From contig JANRJP010000037.1 in assembly GCA_033763905.1 (NCBI GenBank), positions 32,001 to 96,000 on the forward strand: a stretch of 64,000 bases of DNA, read 5' to 3'. Under the pieces are notes generated by a model. It was not told the DNA's origin. It saw nothing but the letters and a program-made list of their open reading frames with translations, and searched no databases. Positions 36,350 to 47,322 of the stretch are shown in pieces (the first letter of the stretch is position 1; each line of letters begins with the position of its first letter). Both the position numbers and the translations under genes were made by a program. The DNA comes from Gemmatimonadaceae bacterium. Lineage in GTDB: Bacteria > Gemmatimonadota > Gemmatimonadetes > Gemmatimonadales > Gemmatimonadaceae.

Positions 36350-37869
36350 CCGTGTCAGGCGCTGGGCGCTGGCACCGTCGGCTGGCCTCCAGCGGCTTGG
36401 TGCTGGTGCTCGGCGCGGCGTGGGGGTCGGCCGACGCACAGCCGAGCACTGCGCGCGTGCGAGACCCGGGGCCGGGCGTTCCGGGGCGAGTGGTGCAGCA
36501 GGCTCTGCGCGGTCCGCATCGCGTCGTCGAGGCGAAGAATCGCTGGGCCGTGATTCCGCACGGCGACGACACGCAGGGCTCACTCATCATCGTGAACGGC
36601 TCGGCACGACTCAACGCCGTCGTCACCGGCGACGTGATCGTGGTGGACGGCGACCTGCGGCTGCAGAACGGTGCGCGAATCGGCGGGCGCGTCGTGGTGC
36701 TCGGCGGACACCTGTTCAACTGGACACCCTTTTCGGTGATCCGCGGCGACGTGATCGAGCAGCCGAACGATCGCTTCGACGCGGCGCTCAGGGACGGGGT
36801 GTGGCAGCTCAGCTGGGGACCGATCGGTTCACAGTACCCCGTGCCCGGCCTGCGAATGCCCGGTCTCGCGGGGTTCGACCTCCGGGCGTACTCGCGCGTC
36901 GACGGCCTGGCGCTGCAGTGGGGGCCGGAGGTGAACGCCGGACGGAGCCTGCGCGTCCGGCCTGCGGCGACGTGGCGTACGCATCGCGGGGTGATCGACC
37001 CGTCGCTCAGTATTCGCGCCGGCAGCCGCCGGGTATGGCTGGACGCCGTGGCCGAGCGGACCACCGCGAGTAACGACATGTGGCTCACGGGCGACCGTCG
37101 GGCAGCAGTGCTCGGCTTCCTGACCGGCTTGGACGCGCGCGACTGGTACCGCGCGGATCGTGCCGAAGGCATCCTCCACCTGCTGCGAGATGGCGGGCCG
37201 ATGGTCGTCGAGGTCCGCGGCGGGGTCCGCAGCGAGCGGGCGAGCGCGGCGTCGCTGGCTGGGCCGTTGTCGCCCCCGTGGCATTTCGGCGCCGACAACA
37301 CCGCTGGAGGATTTGCGCGTCCCAACCCGGCGGTGAGCCCTCGCACGCTGAGCACCGTGCTCGCGGGCGTGAACGTGCAAGCGAGCGGACTCGGCATCGA
37401 CCTGACGTTCGATGTCGCTGGCGAACGTGAAGTCTCACAAGCAGTTGGCGCGCTCCCGTTCACCCAAATTGTTGCCACGGGGCGCGCGGCGGTGCCCCTC
37501 GTTGCCGGCGCCCGGTTCGAGGCGTTTGGGCGGGCGGTGGAGACCACGCAGGGGAGCGCGTCTCATCGCCTCGCCGCCGTTGGTGGGGCGGGGACGCTCC
37601 TGACCGAGCCCACGCTCGCGCTCCGTGGAACCGCGCTGCGATACGGCGAGGTGCGGCTTGCCCTGCCGTCCCCGCTCGCTGCGCTGCCGGTGCGGATTGC
37701 CCCGCGGTTGGCCTTCGGCCGGACCGAGCTCGGGGCAGCGGCACGGTCGGTCACGAACTACGGGGTGCAGTTCGACGTCGGCCCCCTGCGGCTCGAGTAC
37801 GCCTACGACCCCAGCGCCCGTCGCGGCGTGACACAACTGACGACCACCTGGATCCCTGCCGTTCGATGA
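36337..37869 (+). CDS. hypothetical exported/outer-membrane protein (beta-helix-like N-domain plus probable beta-barrel)
   Basis: signal-like N-terminus; G-x-V-x-G-D-V repeats; amphipathic strands after YSRVDGL; overlaps both flanking genes. Confidence 0.6.
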   Translation: MAALTVSGAGRWHRRLASSGLVLVLGAAWGSADAQPSTARVRDPGPGVPGRVVQQALRGPHRVVEAKNRWAVIPHGDDTQGSLIIVNGSARLNAVVTGDVIVVDGDLRLQNGARIGGRVVVLGGHLFNWTPFSVIRGDVIEQPNDRFDAALRDGVWQLSWGPIGSQYPVPGLRMPGLAGFDLRAYSRVDGLALQWGPEVNAGRSLRVRPAATWRTHRGVIDPSLSIRAGSRRVWLDAVAERTTASNDMWLTGDRRAAVLGFLTGLDARDWYRADRAEGILHLLRDGGPMVVEVRGGVRSERASAASLAGPLSPPWHFGADNTAGGFARPNPAVSPRTLSTVLAGVNVQASGLGIDLTFDVAGEREVSQAVGALPFTQIVATGRAAVPLVAGARFEAFGRAVETTQGSASHRLAAVGGAGTLLTEPTLALRGTALRYGEVRLALPSPLAALPVRIAPRLAFGRTELGAAARSVTNYGVQFDVGPLRLEYAYDPSARRGVTQLTTTWIPAVR

Positions 37870-39032
37870 GCACGCGTCGTATCGCCACCGCAGGACTCAC
37901 GGCGCTGGTACTGGTCCTTGCCGCGTTCTTCTTCATCGTGCCCGGCATCGTGGATCGGCAGATGAATGTGCGACTGGGGCCGTCGCACGTGGCGGTGGAG
38001 GCTCGCGCCGAGTCACTGCACCGCCGCCTGTGGATCGCCGATCTGCACGGAGACGCGCTGCTGTGGGGGCGCCCGCTGCTCGATCGGGCGGACCACGGCC
38101 ACCTTGACGTGCCGCGCTTGCTGGAAGGCAACGTCGCGCTGCAGGTGTTCGGGGCCGTGACGAAGACGCCGAAGGGCATCAACTACGAGCGCAACAGCGA
38201 CTCGACCGACAACATCACCTTGCTCGCGATCGCGCAACGCTGGCCCCCCGCGGCGTTCGGCTCCTTGCGCAAGCGTGCGCAGTTCCTCGCGCGGCGACTC
38301 CACGAGGCCGCCGCCGCGTCGGAGGGTCGGCTCGTCATCGTGCGGAGCCGGTCCGAACTGGCGTCATTCCGGAGCGCGCGGGAGCGGAACCCGCGGATGG
38401 TGGCGGGGCTGCTGGCGACCGAAGGGCTGCACCCGATCGAGGGGGACTTGGCGAACCTCGATACGCTGTTCGCGGCGGGCTACCGAATGTTCGGCCTCAC
38501 GCACTTTTTCGACAACCCGGTCGCCGGATCGGCGCACGGCGTCGCCCGCGGCGGCTTGACGCCGCTCGGACGGCGCGTGATCGAACGCGCGGCCGCGCTG
38601 GGGGCGCTCATCGACGTCGCACACGCGAGCCCGCAGGCAATCGACGACGTGCTCGCGATCACCACGCGACCGATTGTGGTGTCGCACACGGGGGTCCAAG
38701 CGACCTGTCCCGGGCCGCGGAATCTGTCGGACGACCAGTTGCGGCGCATCGCGGCGACGGGGGGCGTGATCGGCATCGGGTTCTGGGACGGCGCCGTGTG
38801 CGATCCATCGCCAGCATCGATCGCCAAGGCCATCGTGCACGCGCTGTCGGTGGCCGGCCCCGACGCAGTGGCGTTGGGGTCGGACTGGGACGGCGCCACG
38901 AAGACCGTGTTCGACGCCGCCGGGCTGCCGGCCCTCACCGAGGCGCTGCTTCGCGCCGGACTGCCGCCGGAAACCATCGGGAAGGTGATGGGCGGGAACG
39001 TGCTCCGACTGCTCGGCACCAGCCTGCCGTAA
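37866..39032 (+). CDS. membrane dipeptidase (peptidase M19)
   Basis: DLHGD, EG, GLTH, GLTPLG, IDVAH, VSHTG, RNLSD, LGSDWDG; N-terminal TM. Confidence 0.92.
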   Translation: MSTRRIATAGLTALVLVLAAFFFIVPGIVDRQMNVRLGPSHVAVEARAESLHRRLWIADLHGDALLWGRPLLDRADHGHLDVPRLLEGNVALQVFGAVTKTPKGINYERNSDSTDNITLLAIAQRWPPAAFGSLRKRAQFLARRLHEAAAASEGRLVIVRSRSELASFRSARERNPRMVAGLLATEGLHPIEGDLANLDTLFAAGYRMFGLTHFFDNPVAGSAHGVARGGLTPLGRRVIERAAALGALIDVAHASPQAIDDVLAITTRPIVVSHTGVQATCPGPRNLSDDQLRRIAATGGVIGIGFWDGAVCDPSPASIAKAIVHALSVAGPDAVALGSDWDGATKTVFDAAGLPALTEALLRAGLPPETIGKVMGGNVLRLLGTSLP

Positions 39033-39038
39033 CACGCA

Positions 39039-39078
39039 GTCGCCGAGGGGCAAAAACCGTCGCTTGCCCGTTGGCGAC
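39039..39078. terminator. imperfect inverted repeat after dipeptidase
   Basis: GTCGCCGAGGGGCAA...TTGCCCGTTGGCGAC. Confidence 0.4.
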
Positions 39079-39099
39079 ACCGTCACGCTCCGCTAGATT
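39071..39099 (+). promoter_or_regulatory. possible sigma70-type promoter for kdsB-rpoN operon
   Basis: TTGGCG-17 bp-TAGATT. Confidence 0.4.
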
Positions 39100-39146
39100 C
39101 TTGGAATGGTTTTTGCGTCGAAATCCCCGCGGCGGAAGCCGGTAGC

Positions 39147-39920
39147 GTGAGCACGCTCATCGTCATCCCCGCCCGGCTCGGCGCCGTGCGCCTGCCGCGC
39201 AAACCGCTCCGGTTGATCGGCGGCAGCCCGATGATCCTGCAGGTCTGGTCCCGCATCGTGCGCTTCGGCGTCGGCGATCGCGTGGTCGTGGCGACCGACG
39301 CAGACGAGATCGCCGCCGTGGTTCGTGCGGCAGGCGGCGAGGTTTGCCTCACGCGCGCCGATCACCAGAGCGGCTCCGACCGCGTCGCTGAGGTGGCGGC
39401 GCGCCCCGAGTACGCCGGCCACGATGTGATCGTGAATGTGCAGGGTGATGAACCCTTTATGACGCCGCAGGCCGTGCGTGGCGCCATCGCGATGGTCCGT
39501 GATCGAGGCTTTGCCTTGGGGACGGCGGCCGTGCCAGCGACCAGCGAGATTCTGGCGAACCCGATGGTCGTGAAGGTCGTCACGACGGATGCGGGGCAGG
39601 CGATGTATTTCTCGCGCGCCCCGATCCCGTTCTTGCGTGACGCGGCCGATGTGGCCGACCGTGACGCGCGACTGCTGCAACATCTCGGCGTGTATGCGTA
39701 TCGCCCCGAGGCGCTCGCGGCCTGGGTCGCGCTCCCGACGCATCCGCTGGAGCGCGCCGAGCGATTGGAGCAACTCCGGCCGCTCGCGGCCGGCTGGACG
39801 ATGGGTGTAGCCAGCGTGCCCGGTCCTGCCGCGTGGGGGATCGACACCGAGGAAGACCTTGAGCGGGCCAACGCGGTGTGGCCCGAGTTTACCCGTACCG
39901 AAGCTGCCGGAGCCGAGTGA
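39147..39920 (+). CDS. kdsB: 3-deoxy-manno-octulosonate cytidylyltransferase
   Basis: VIPAR...[34 protein letters not shown]. Confidence 0.96.
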   Translation: MSTLIVIPARLGAVRLPRKPLRLIGGSPMILQVWSRIVRFGVGDRVVVATDADEIAAVVRAAGGEVCLTRADHQSGSDRVAEVAARPEYAGHDVIVNVQGDEPFMTPQAVRGAIAMVRDRGFALGTAAVPATSEILANPMVVKVVTTDAGQAMYFSRAPIPFLRDAADVADRDARLLQHLGVYAYRPEALAAWVALPTHPLERAERLEQLRPLAAGWTMGVASVPGPAAWGIDTEEDLERANAVWPEFTRTEAAGAE

Positions 39921-41575
39921 TGCCGCAGACCACCAAGTTCGTATTCGTCACCGGCGGCGTCGTGTCGTCGCTGGGCAAGGGAATCGCCGCCGCGTCCCTC
40001 GGCCGATTGCTCGTCGAGCGCGGGCTGCGGGTGACGATGCTCAAGTTCGACCCGTACATCAACGTCGATCCCGGCACGATGTCGCCGTTCCAGCACGGTG
40101 AAGTCTTCGTGACCGACGACGGCGCCGAGACCGATCTCGACATCGGCCACTACGAGCGATTCCTCGATCGGCCGCTGACGCAGTCGAACAACGTCACGAC
40201 CGGGCGCGTGTACCTCAACGTGATCAACAAGGAGCGGCGCGGCGAGTATCTGGGCTCGACAGTCCAGGTCATCCCGCACATCACGGACGAGATCAAGGCG
40301 GCGATGAAGCGCCTGTCCCCCGAGAACGACGTCGTCATCGTCGAAATCGGCGGGACCGTGGGCGACATCGAATCGCAGCCGTTCCTCGAGGCCATCCGGC
40401 AGTTCCGACAGGAGATCGGCCGCGAGAACGGGCTGTTCGTGCACCTGACGCTAGTGCCGTTCATCGGCGCGGCGGGCGAGGTGAAGACCAAGCCTACGCA
40501 GCACTCGGTCCGCGAACTGATGGAAATCGGCATTCAGCCCGACGTCCTGATCTGCCGAACCGAGCGCCCGCTGGCCGACGACGTCAAGCGCAAGATCGCG
40601 CTGTTCTGCAACGTCGAATTCGGCTGCGTGATCGAAAGCCGCGACGTCAGCACGATCTACCAGATTCCGCTGTCGTTCCGCGAACAGGGCTTCGACGACG
40701 TCGTCTGCCGCAAGCTCGGCCTCGAGACGCGCGAGCCGGATCTCTCCGGCTGGGGGGCGCTGGTGCGCCGCGTCACGAACCCGGCGTCGCGCGTGAAGGT
40801 GGCGGTGGTCGGCAAGTACACCGACCTCGCCGACGCATACAAGAGTGTCCACGAGGCGCTGATCCACGGTGGCATCGCGAACGAAGTCGGCGTCGACATT
40901 CGCTGGCTGTCGAGCGACCTCTTCACCGACGCCGCGGCGGCCAAGGCGATCTTGGCCGACCACGACGCGCTGCTGGTGCCCGGCGGCTTCGGCGTGCGCG
41001 GCGTCGAGGGGATGATCGAGGCGATTCGCGGTGCCCGCGAGCAGGGCGTGCCCTTCTTCGGCATCTGCCTCGGGATGCAGGTCGCCATCATCGAGTTTGC
41101 GCGCCACGCGGCACTGCTCGGCGCCGATGCCAACTCGAGCGAGTTCGCGCCGCAGTGTTCGGCACCGGTCGTGTCGCTGATGGAGTCGCAGCAGCACGTC
41201 ACCGAAAAGGGCGGCACGATGCGGCTCGGGGCATACCCCTGCCGACTCAAGCCGGGTTCGAAGGCCGCCGAGATTTACGGCGTCCCCGAAGTCAGTGAGC
41301 GCCATCGGCATCGCTACGAGGTCACCAACCGCTATCGCGATGCGCTCGCGGAGGCGGGGATGCGCTTCACCGGCCTGTCGCCCGACGGGCAACTCGTCGA
41401 GATGATCGAACTCGCCGAGCATCCGTGGTTCGTCGGCTGTCAGTTCCATCCCGAGCTGCAGTCACGTCCGACGCGACCGCACCCGTTGTTCGCCGGATTC
41501 ATTGCGGCGGCGGTCAAGGCCCATCGCGCGAAGGCATCGTCGACGCCCGCAAGCGCCGCGACGGTGAGTGCCTGA
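39920..41575 (+). CDS. pyrG: CTP synthase
   Basis: [46 protein letters not shown]. Confidence 0.98.
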   Translation: MPQTTKFVFVTGGVVSSLGKGIAAASLGRLLVERGLRVTMLKFDPYINVDPGTMSPFQHGEVFVTDDGAETDLDIGHYERFLDRPLTQSNNVTTGRVYLNVINKERRGEYLGSTVQVIPHITDEIKAAMKRLSPENDVVIVEIGGTVGDIESQPFLEAIRQFRQEIGRENGLFVHLTLVPFIGAAGEVKTKPTQHSVRELMEIGIQPDVLICRTERPLADDVKRKIALFCNVEFGCVIESRDVSTIYQIPLSFREQGFDDVVCRKLGLETREPDLSGWGALVRRVTNPASRVKVAVVGKYTDLADAYKSVHEALIHGGIANEVGVDIRWLSSDLFTDAAAAKAILADHDALLVPGGFGVRGVEGMIEAIRGAREQGVPFFGICLGMQVAIIEFARHAALLGADANSSEFAPQCSAPVVSLMESQQHVTEKGGTMRLGAYPCRLKPGSKAAEIYGVPEVSERHRHRYEVTNRYRDALAEAGMRFTGLSPDGQLVEMIELAEHPWFVGCQFHPELQSRPTRPHPLFAGFIAAAVKAHRAKASSTPASAATVSA

Positions 41576-41579
41576 CCCG

Positions 41580-42419
41580 ATGACGGCCACCTCTCCGCTG
41601 CCGAGCCGGGCCGCGAGCCCGTTCCCAGCCGACGCGTTCTTCCTGATCGCCGGTCCCTGCGTGGTGGAACCGGGCGACGTGCTCCCGCGGGTTGCCGACG
41701 CCGTGGCCCGGGTGGGTGCGCTCGTGCCGGGCGGCGTGATCTTCAAGGCCAGCTTCGACAAGGCCAATCGGTCGAACGCCGGCGCCTTTCGGGGGCCCGG
41801 GCTCGACGACGGGCTCGAGGCCCTCGCGCGCATCAAGAAAGAGTTCGGGCTCCGCGTCCTGACCGACGTGCATCTGCCCGAGCACTGCGCCACGGTCGCC
41901 GAGGTCGTCGACGTCCTGCAGATCCCGGCGTTTCTCTGCCGCCAGACGGATCTGCTCGAGGCCGCTGGCGCGACGGGCAAGCCGGTCAATGTGAAGAAGG
42001 GACAGTGGATGCACCCCGAAGGGATGGCCGGTGCCGTCGCCAAGGTGCGTGAGGCCGCCGGTGGCACCGCGGACGTGGCCGTGACCGAACGCGGCACCTT
42101 CTTCGGCTACGGCGATTTGGTGGTCGATATGCGCGACTTCGTGCGGATGCGCGCGGCCTGCTCGGCACCGGTGATCTTCGACGCGACGCACTCGGTGCAG
42201 CAGCCGGGCAAGGGGCAGGGGGGCGCGTCCGGCGGCTTGCGCGAGTACATCCCGATGCTTGCGGCAGCGGCCGCGGCGGCCGGAGCCGACGGGCTCTTTC
42301 TCGAGACGCATCCGACGCCTGACACGGCGCCCTCCGACGGGCCGAATATGCTGCCGCTCGAGCAGTTGGAGCGGGTGATCCGGCGGGTGCTCCGCCACTG
42401 GGAGGCGGCGCGCTCGTGA
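41580..42419 (+). CDS. kdsA: KDO-8-phosphate synthase (start 41568 or 41580)
   Basis: IAGPCV, FKASFDKANRS, QIPAFLCRQTDL, FDATHSVQ. Confidence 0.96.
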   Translation: MTATSPLPSRAASPFPADAFFLIAGPCVVEPGDVLPRVADAVARVGALVPGGVIFKASFDKANRSNAGAFRGPGLDDGLEALARIKKEFGLRVLTDVHLPEHCATVAEVVDVLQIPAFLCRQTDLLEAAGATGKPVNVKKGQWMHPEGMAGAVAKVREAAGGTADVAVTERGTFFGYGDLVVDMRDFVRMRAACSAPVIFDATHSVQQPGKGQGGASGGLREYIPMLAAAAAAAGADGLFLETHPTPDTAPSDGPNMLPLEQLERVIRRVLRHWEAARS

Positions 42420-43006
42420 CCATTGCGGCCATCGTCGGCGCCCAGGTTGCGGCGATGTCGGCGCTCGCGAGCCATCGCGAGCGCGTTCGCGCGATCAAGT
42501 GGGTCGGCCTCGATGTGGACGGTGTGCTGACCGATGCCGGGGTGTACATCGGGGCCGACGGTGTCGAGTTCAAGCGGTTCGACATCCAGGACGGCTACGG
42601 CATCAAGCTCGCGCAGCGCGCGGGCCTCGAGTTCGCGTTCGTCTCGGCGCGCCCGTCGGTCTCCACCGCGTCGCGCGCCAAGGAGCTCGGCGTCACGGTG
42701 GTGCAGACCGGCACCCGACCCAAGCATCTGGTGGTCGAAGAGTTGCTGGCCGCCCGTGGGCTGACCTGGCGCGAAGCCGCCTTCGTCGGTGACGACCTGA
42801 TCGACATTCCGGTGCTGTCGCGTGTGGGCTTGCCCGTCGCGCCCGCGAACGCGGTGGCCGAAGTGCGGGACATCGCGGCGCACGTCTTGGAGGCGCGCGG
42901 CGGTCACGGCGCGGTTCGCGAGTTCATCACCTGGCTGTACACGCAGCGCGGCGAGTGGGACGCGTTGGTCGAGGACGCGGTGCGTCGGCTCGAGGAGGGC
43001 ACGTGA
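42416..43006 (+). CDS. kdsC: KDO-8-phosphate phosphatase (HAD family)
   Basis: DVDGVLTD, DG.GI, GDDLID, GGHGAVRE. Confidence 0.94.
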   Translation: MTIAAIVGAQVAAMSALASHRERVRAIKWVGLDVDGVLTDAGVYIGADGVEFKRFDIQDGYGIKLAQRAGLEFAFVSARPSVSTASRAKELGVTVVQTGTRPKHLVVEELLAARGLTWREAAFVGDDLIDIPVLSRVGLPVAPANAVAEVRDIAAHVLEARGGHGAVREFITWLYTQRGEWDALVEDAVRRLEEGT

Positions 43007-43968
43007 CGCTGGCGTCCCTGCACGTGGAACGCGGGGTGCGCGTCATCGCGCTCGAGCGCGACGCGCTGGCTGACGTGGCCTCGCGACTCGATGACCGCTT
43101 CGCTCGCGCGGTGGAACTCATCGCCGCGGCCTCGGGCCGGGTGATCATCTCGGGCGTGGGCAAGTCCGGCCTGATCGGCCGCAAGATTGCGGCCACGATG
43201 ACGTCGACTGGCACGCCCGCGACGTTCCTGCATCCGACCGACTCGGTGCACGGCGATCTTGGCATCGTTGATCGCGGCGACGTCGCGATCCTGCTGTCGA
43301 AGAGCGGCGAGACCGAGGAGCTCGCGCCGCTCCTCAACGAACTGCAGCGCCTCGGGGTCCCGATCATCGGGATCACCGGCAACGTGCAGAGCACGCTCGG
43401 CCGCCTGGCCACTGTGGCGCTGGACGCCGGCGTCCGTGAGGAAGCCTGCCCGCACGATCTCGCGCCGACCACCAGCACGACGGCCGCGCTCGCCCTTGGC
43501 GATGCGCTCGCCGTCGCGTTGCTCCAGCACAAGGGGTTCCAGCGTGAGGATTTCGCGCGACTGCACCCGGGTGGATCGCTGGGCAAGAAGCTCCTGCTCC
43601 GGGTGCGTGACGTGATGGAGGCGGACCGCTTGCCCGTGCTCGCCGACACGGCGACGGTGCGTGAGGCCTTGGGGCCGCTCGCGTCGCGGCGCGGCATCGT
43701 CTGCGTGTCGTCTGCGGACGGCGCCCTTGCCGGGGTGTTCACCGCGGGTGACCTGACACGCGTGCTCGAGGATGGTGATGCCGCGTTGGCGACCCCACTG
43801 GCGCAGGTGATGACGCGGGGCGGCAAGCGTGCGGCCCCCGATGAGCTCGCGTCCGCGGTCGTCGGTCGGATGGAGCGCCACGGCATCGTGGCAATGCCGG
43901 TCGTCGACGGCGAGCGTCTCGTGGGCGTGGTGCACTTGCACGACCTGCTCCGCGCGGGGGCCGCGTGA
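43003..43968 (+). CDS. kdsD: arabinose-5-phosphate isomerase (KpsF/GutQ, SIS+CBS)
   Basis: GVGKSG, STGTPA.FLHP..HGDLG, LAPTTSTT, HPGGSLG. Confidence 0.95.
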   Translation: MTLASLHVERGVRVIALERDALADVASRLDDRFARAVELIAAASGRVIISGVGKSGLIGRKIAATMTSTGTPATFLHPTDSVHGDLGIVDRGDVAILLSKSGETEELAPLLNELQRLGVPIIGITGNVQSTLGRLATVALDAGVREEACPHDLAPTTSTTAALALGDALAVALLQHKGFQREDFARLHPGGSLGKKLLLRVRDVMEADRLPVLADTATVREALGPLASRRGIVCVSSADGALAGVFTAGDLTRVLEDGDAALATPLAQVMTRGGKRAAPDELASAVVGRMERHGIVAMPVVDGERLVGVVHLHDLLRAGAA

Positions 43969-44618
43969 GCGAGCGCCGGATGGCCCCCGCCGTACGTCGC
44001 GCATCGTGGCCACGGGCCGCCGCGCTCGTCGCCGCGGCAGCGCTGGCGGCCTGCCAGTCGGACAAGGTGTCGCCGATGGCCGTGCGCGGGACGATGGCCG
44101 ACTCGGCGGATCAAGTGATGTTCGGCGTGCGAACACTGGTGACGGCCGACGGCGTGATGCAGGCGGAACTCTTCGCCGACACCGCCTATGTGTTCGACGA
44201 CAACACGCGCTACGAACTGCGCGGCGTGAAGACGTTCTTTCATACCGCTCTCGGGCAGCGCAACACCGAGCTCACCTCGCGCGCCGGCACCTACGACACG
44301 CGTCGTGGGACGATGGAGGCGCGCGAGAACGTGCTGGTCGTCTCGGTGGACGGTCGTCGACTCCGCACCGAGCAGCTCACGTATATGCAGTCGCGCAACG
44401 AGATCGGGAGCGACTCGGCCTTCGTCATGACCGAGCCGAGCGGCCGTCGATTGGAAGGCGTGGGGTTCAACTCCGACCCCGATATGCGCAACGTCCGCGT
44501 GCTCAAGGCGGCGCGTGGCACGGCGGGCGTCGTCGAAGACCCGGCATCGGGCAAGTCCGGCACGCCCGCGCGACCGCGCGGTAGCACGTTCACGCTGCCG
44601 CGGAGCTCGCCGCCGTGA
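43965..44618 (+). CDS. lptC: LPS export periplasmic protein LptC (lipoprotein-like)
   Basis: ALAAC lipobox; L.TEQL..., G.GF.SD motifs; position between kdsD and lptA/lptB. Confidence 0.8.
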   Translation: MSERRMAPAVRRASWPRAAALVAAAALAACQSDKVSPMAVRGTMADSADQVMFGVRTLVTADGVMQAELFADTAYVFDDNTRYELRGVKTFFHTALGQRNTELTSRAGTYDTRRGTMEARENVLVVSVDGRRLRTEQLTYMQSRNEIGSDSAFVMTEPSGRRLEGVGFNSDPDMRNVRVLKAARGTAGVVEDPASGKSGTPARPRGSTFTLPRSSPP

Positions 44619-46066
44619 GGCCGCGTCACCTCGGCGTCGTCACCGCGCTCGTGGGGCTCGCGCTCGGCGTGCCAGTCAGCGCCGGCGCGCAGGTGCCCGG
44701 CGGGCGCTGCGTGATGGTGTTCGACAACACCCCGACCACCCGACTGACGTCGGTGATGACGGCCTCGCGCCGATACAACTCGTTCATCGGTGGCGGCGTG
44801 TTCGGCCGGTGTCAGGGGCAGGACGTCACGATCAAGTCGGACTCGGCCGAGTTCTACGAAGACTCCAACGTGCTCTATCTGATCGGCGCCGTCCGCTATC
44901 GTGAGCCGCGCGCCAATCTCGACGCGCGACGCCTGACGTACTATCTGAACGACGAGCGGCTCTTCGCCGAGGGGGACGTGTTCGTCACCCTGCCGAGCGG
45001 CACCACGATGAAGGGACCGGTGATGGACTACTTCCGCGCGGTCCCCGGCATTCGCAAGGAATCGCGGATGAACGCCCCACTCCGGAGTCGCACGCAGTTG
45101 GTGCAGCGCGACACGGCGAAGGCGCGCGTGGCGCAGCGGCGCGGTGCCAGTCGCGACTCGGTGCCCGCCGACACGGTGATCGTCAACGCCGACCGCACCA
45201 CCTCGGTGAACGACTCGCTGGTCTATCTCGGTGGCAAGGTCGAGATCGACCGCACCGATCTCAAGGCCACGTCGGACTCCGCCTTCCTCGATGCCGGCCG
45301 CGAGTTCGCCCAGCTGATCCGCCGCGCCACGGTGAAGGGCACGGGCGACCGAGGGTACACCCTCGACAGCCAGATCATCGATCTGTTCTCGACCGATCGG
45401 GCACTGCGACGGGTGGTCGCCAAGGGCAATGGTCACGCCGTGTCGAAGGAGATGGATCTCAAGTCCGACACGATCTTCCTGGACGTGGATTCGAGCCGCA
45501 TCGAACGTGCGCGCGCTTGGGGACCCACGCGGGCGATCGCGGATTCACCGGAGCGGAGGATTCTCGCGGATTCGCTCGATGTCCGAATGCCGCGCCAACA
45601 GGTGCGGCTCGTGTATGCCCACGGCAAGGCCTTCGCCGAGATGCGCCCCGACACCGTCAAGCTCCGCTCCGACGAGCGTGACTGGGTCCGCGGCGACACG
45701 ATCGTCGCGCGATTCGATTCGCTGGCGACATCGGACACGGCGCGCCAACCACGACTGCGGGAGATGGTCGCGACTGGTAACGCCAGTTCGTTCTATCAGG
45801 TCGCGTCCCGCGAGGGGCCGACCGCAGGCCCGGCGATGAACTACGTTCGCGGTCGCGTGATCACCGTGGAGATGGATTCCGCTGCCGTCCGCCAGGTGAC
45901 GGTGTTGGAACAGGCCATTGGGTTGTACCTCGAACCCGACAGCACCGCGGTGGCGAAGCCGCTCGATGGACCGGCCACCAAGGGTGGCAACGACGCCCCG
46001 CGTCGGCCTCGCCCTGGGGCGGGCGGCCGTCCGACCACTGGCGCCGCGCGTCCGGAGCGCGAATGA
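44615..46066 (+). CDS. long OstA/LptA-like beta-jellyroll protein
   Basis: signal peptide; repeated (S/A)DS/DT-hydrophobic strand and G.V/G.A motifs; between lptC and lptB. Confidence 0.7.
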   Translation: MRPRHLGVVTALVGLALGVPVSAGAQVPGGRCVMVFDNTPTTRLTSVMTASRRYNSFIGGGVFGRCQGQDVTIKSDSAEFYEDSNVLYLIGAVRYREPRANLDARRLTYYLNDERLFAEGDVFVTLPSGTTMKGPVMDYFRAVPGIRKESRMNAPLRSRTQLVQRDTAKARVAQRRGASRDSVPADTVIVNADRTTSVNDSLVYLGGKVEIDRTDLKATSDSAFLDAGREFAQLIRRATVKGTGDRGYTLDSQIIDLFSTDRALRRVVAKGNGHAVSKEMDLKSDTIFLDVDSSRIERARAWGPTRAIADSPERRILADSLDVRMPRQQVRLVYAHGKAFAEMRPDTVKLRSDERDWVRGDTIVARFDSLATSDTARQPRLREMVATGNASSFYQVASREGPTAGPAMNYVRGRVITVEMDSAAVRQVTVLEQAIGLYLEPDSTAVAKPLDGPATKGGNDAPRRPRPGAGGRPTTGAARPERE

Positions 46067-47322
46067 GCATTCCCGCGTTTCTGCCCTCGTCGATCCGTAC
46101 GGCACTGGCCGAGCGTGCCGTCGACGACCGGTCGACGGCGCTGGCGCTGGCCGCGGTCGTGGCGGCGGCCGATGCCGAGGGGCGGGCGCCGTTGCACGAC
46201 GTGGCCGTGGCCTTCCGCGACGCGTGGCTGCACGCGATGCGCCTCGACGGTGCCGACGACGAACGCGAGCGCGGCCGTCTGTCGCTCGATGAGATTCGCG
46301 GTCATCTCTCGACGAGCGACTTGCCGCGACTCGAGGCGACGGCGGTGCTGGTCCCGTCGGGCGATCCCGACCTGGTGCGCGTCAGCCCGGTCCTCTGGCC
46401 GCTGGTGTCGGCCGACCGTGATGCGATGCGTGAGGCGTGGTTGAACCCCACGATGTCGGCGAGTGTGCCCACGCCCGCCCACGCGGTGCCGGTGATTGCG
46501 GAAGGGAGTGCGCTCGCCAGTGGCGCGGCCGAGGCGCCAGTCCAGAGGACGGGCAGCGTGCTCACCGCCACCGGACTGGTGAAGGTGTATCGCCGGCGTC
46601 GCGTGGTGAATGGCGTCGACATCACCGTGCGGCAGGGCGAGATCGTCGGCCTGCTGGGCCCCAATGGGGCGGGCAAGACGACGTCCTTCTACCAGATCGT
46701 CGGCCTGATTGCGCCGGACGAAGGCACGGTGCAGCTCGACGGTGAGGACATCACGCAGATGCCGATGTACCAGCGCGCGCGGCGCGGGATCGGCTACCTG
46801 TCGCAGGAACCGTCCATCTTCCGCAAGCTGACGGTCGAAGAGAACATCCTCGCGATCCTTGAGACCTTGCCCCTCAAGCCGGCCGAACGGGCGGCACGAC
46901 TCGATGCGCTGCTCGACGATCTCAAGATCCGGCACCTGCGGAAGAGCAAGGCGTTCGCGCTCTCTGGCGGCGAGCGCCGTCGGCTCGAGATCACCAGGGC
47001 GCTGGTGACCGATCCGAAGTTCATGATGCTCGACGAGCCCTTCGCGGGCGTCGATCCGATCGCCGTGCACGACATCCAGCAGATCGTCGCCAATCTGCGG
47101 CACCGCGGCATCGGCGTGGTCATTTCCGACCACAACGTCGAACAGACGCTCGACATCGTGGATCGGGCGTACATCATGTTCGACGGACAGGTGAAGGTGT
47201 CGGGGACGGTCAAGGAGCTGGTCTTTGACGACACCGTCGCGCGCATCTACCTTGGGCCCACACTGACCGCGCGCCTGCGGCAACGCTTCGCCGAGCGTGA
47301 ACAGACCGAGGTCGTGGCGTGA
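46063..47322 (+). CDS. lptB: LPS export ABC ATPase LptB with N-terminal extension
   Basis: [61 protein letters not shown]. Confidence 0.93.
   Translation: MSIPAFLPSSIRTALAERAVDDRSTALALAAVVAAADAEGRAPLHDVAVAFRDAWLHAMRLDGADDERERGRLSLDEIRGHLSTSDLPRLEATAVLVPSGDPDLVRVSPVLWPLVSADRDAMREAWLNPTMSASVPTPAHAVPVIAEGSALASGAAEAPVQRTGSVLTATGLVKVYRRRRVVNGVDITVRQGEIVGLLGPNGAGKTTSFYQIVGLIAPDEGTVQLDGEDITQMPMYQRARRGIGYLSQEPSIFRKLTVEENILAILETLPLKPAERAARLDALLDDLKIRHLRKSKAFALSGGERRRLEITRALVTDPKFMMLDEPFAGVDPIAVHDIQQIVANLRHRGIGVVISDHNVEQTLDIVDRAYIMFDGQVKVSGTVKELVFDDTVARIYLGPTLTARLRQRFAEREQTEVVA

Noticed and set aside
39033..39146. sigma-54 (-24/-12) promoter upstream of the rpoN-containing operon
   Set aside because: TTGGC is present but there is no TTGC at the required spacing
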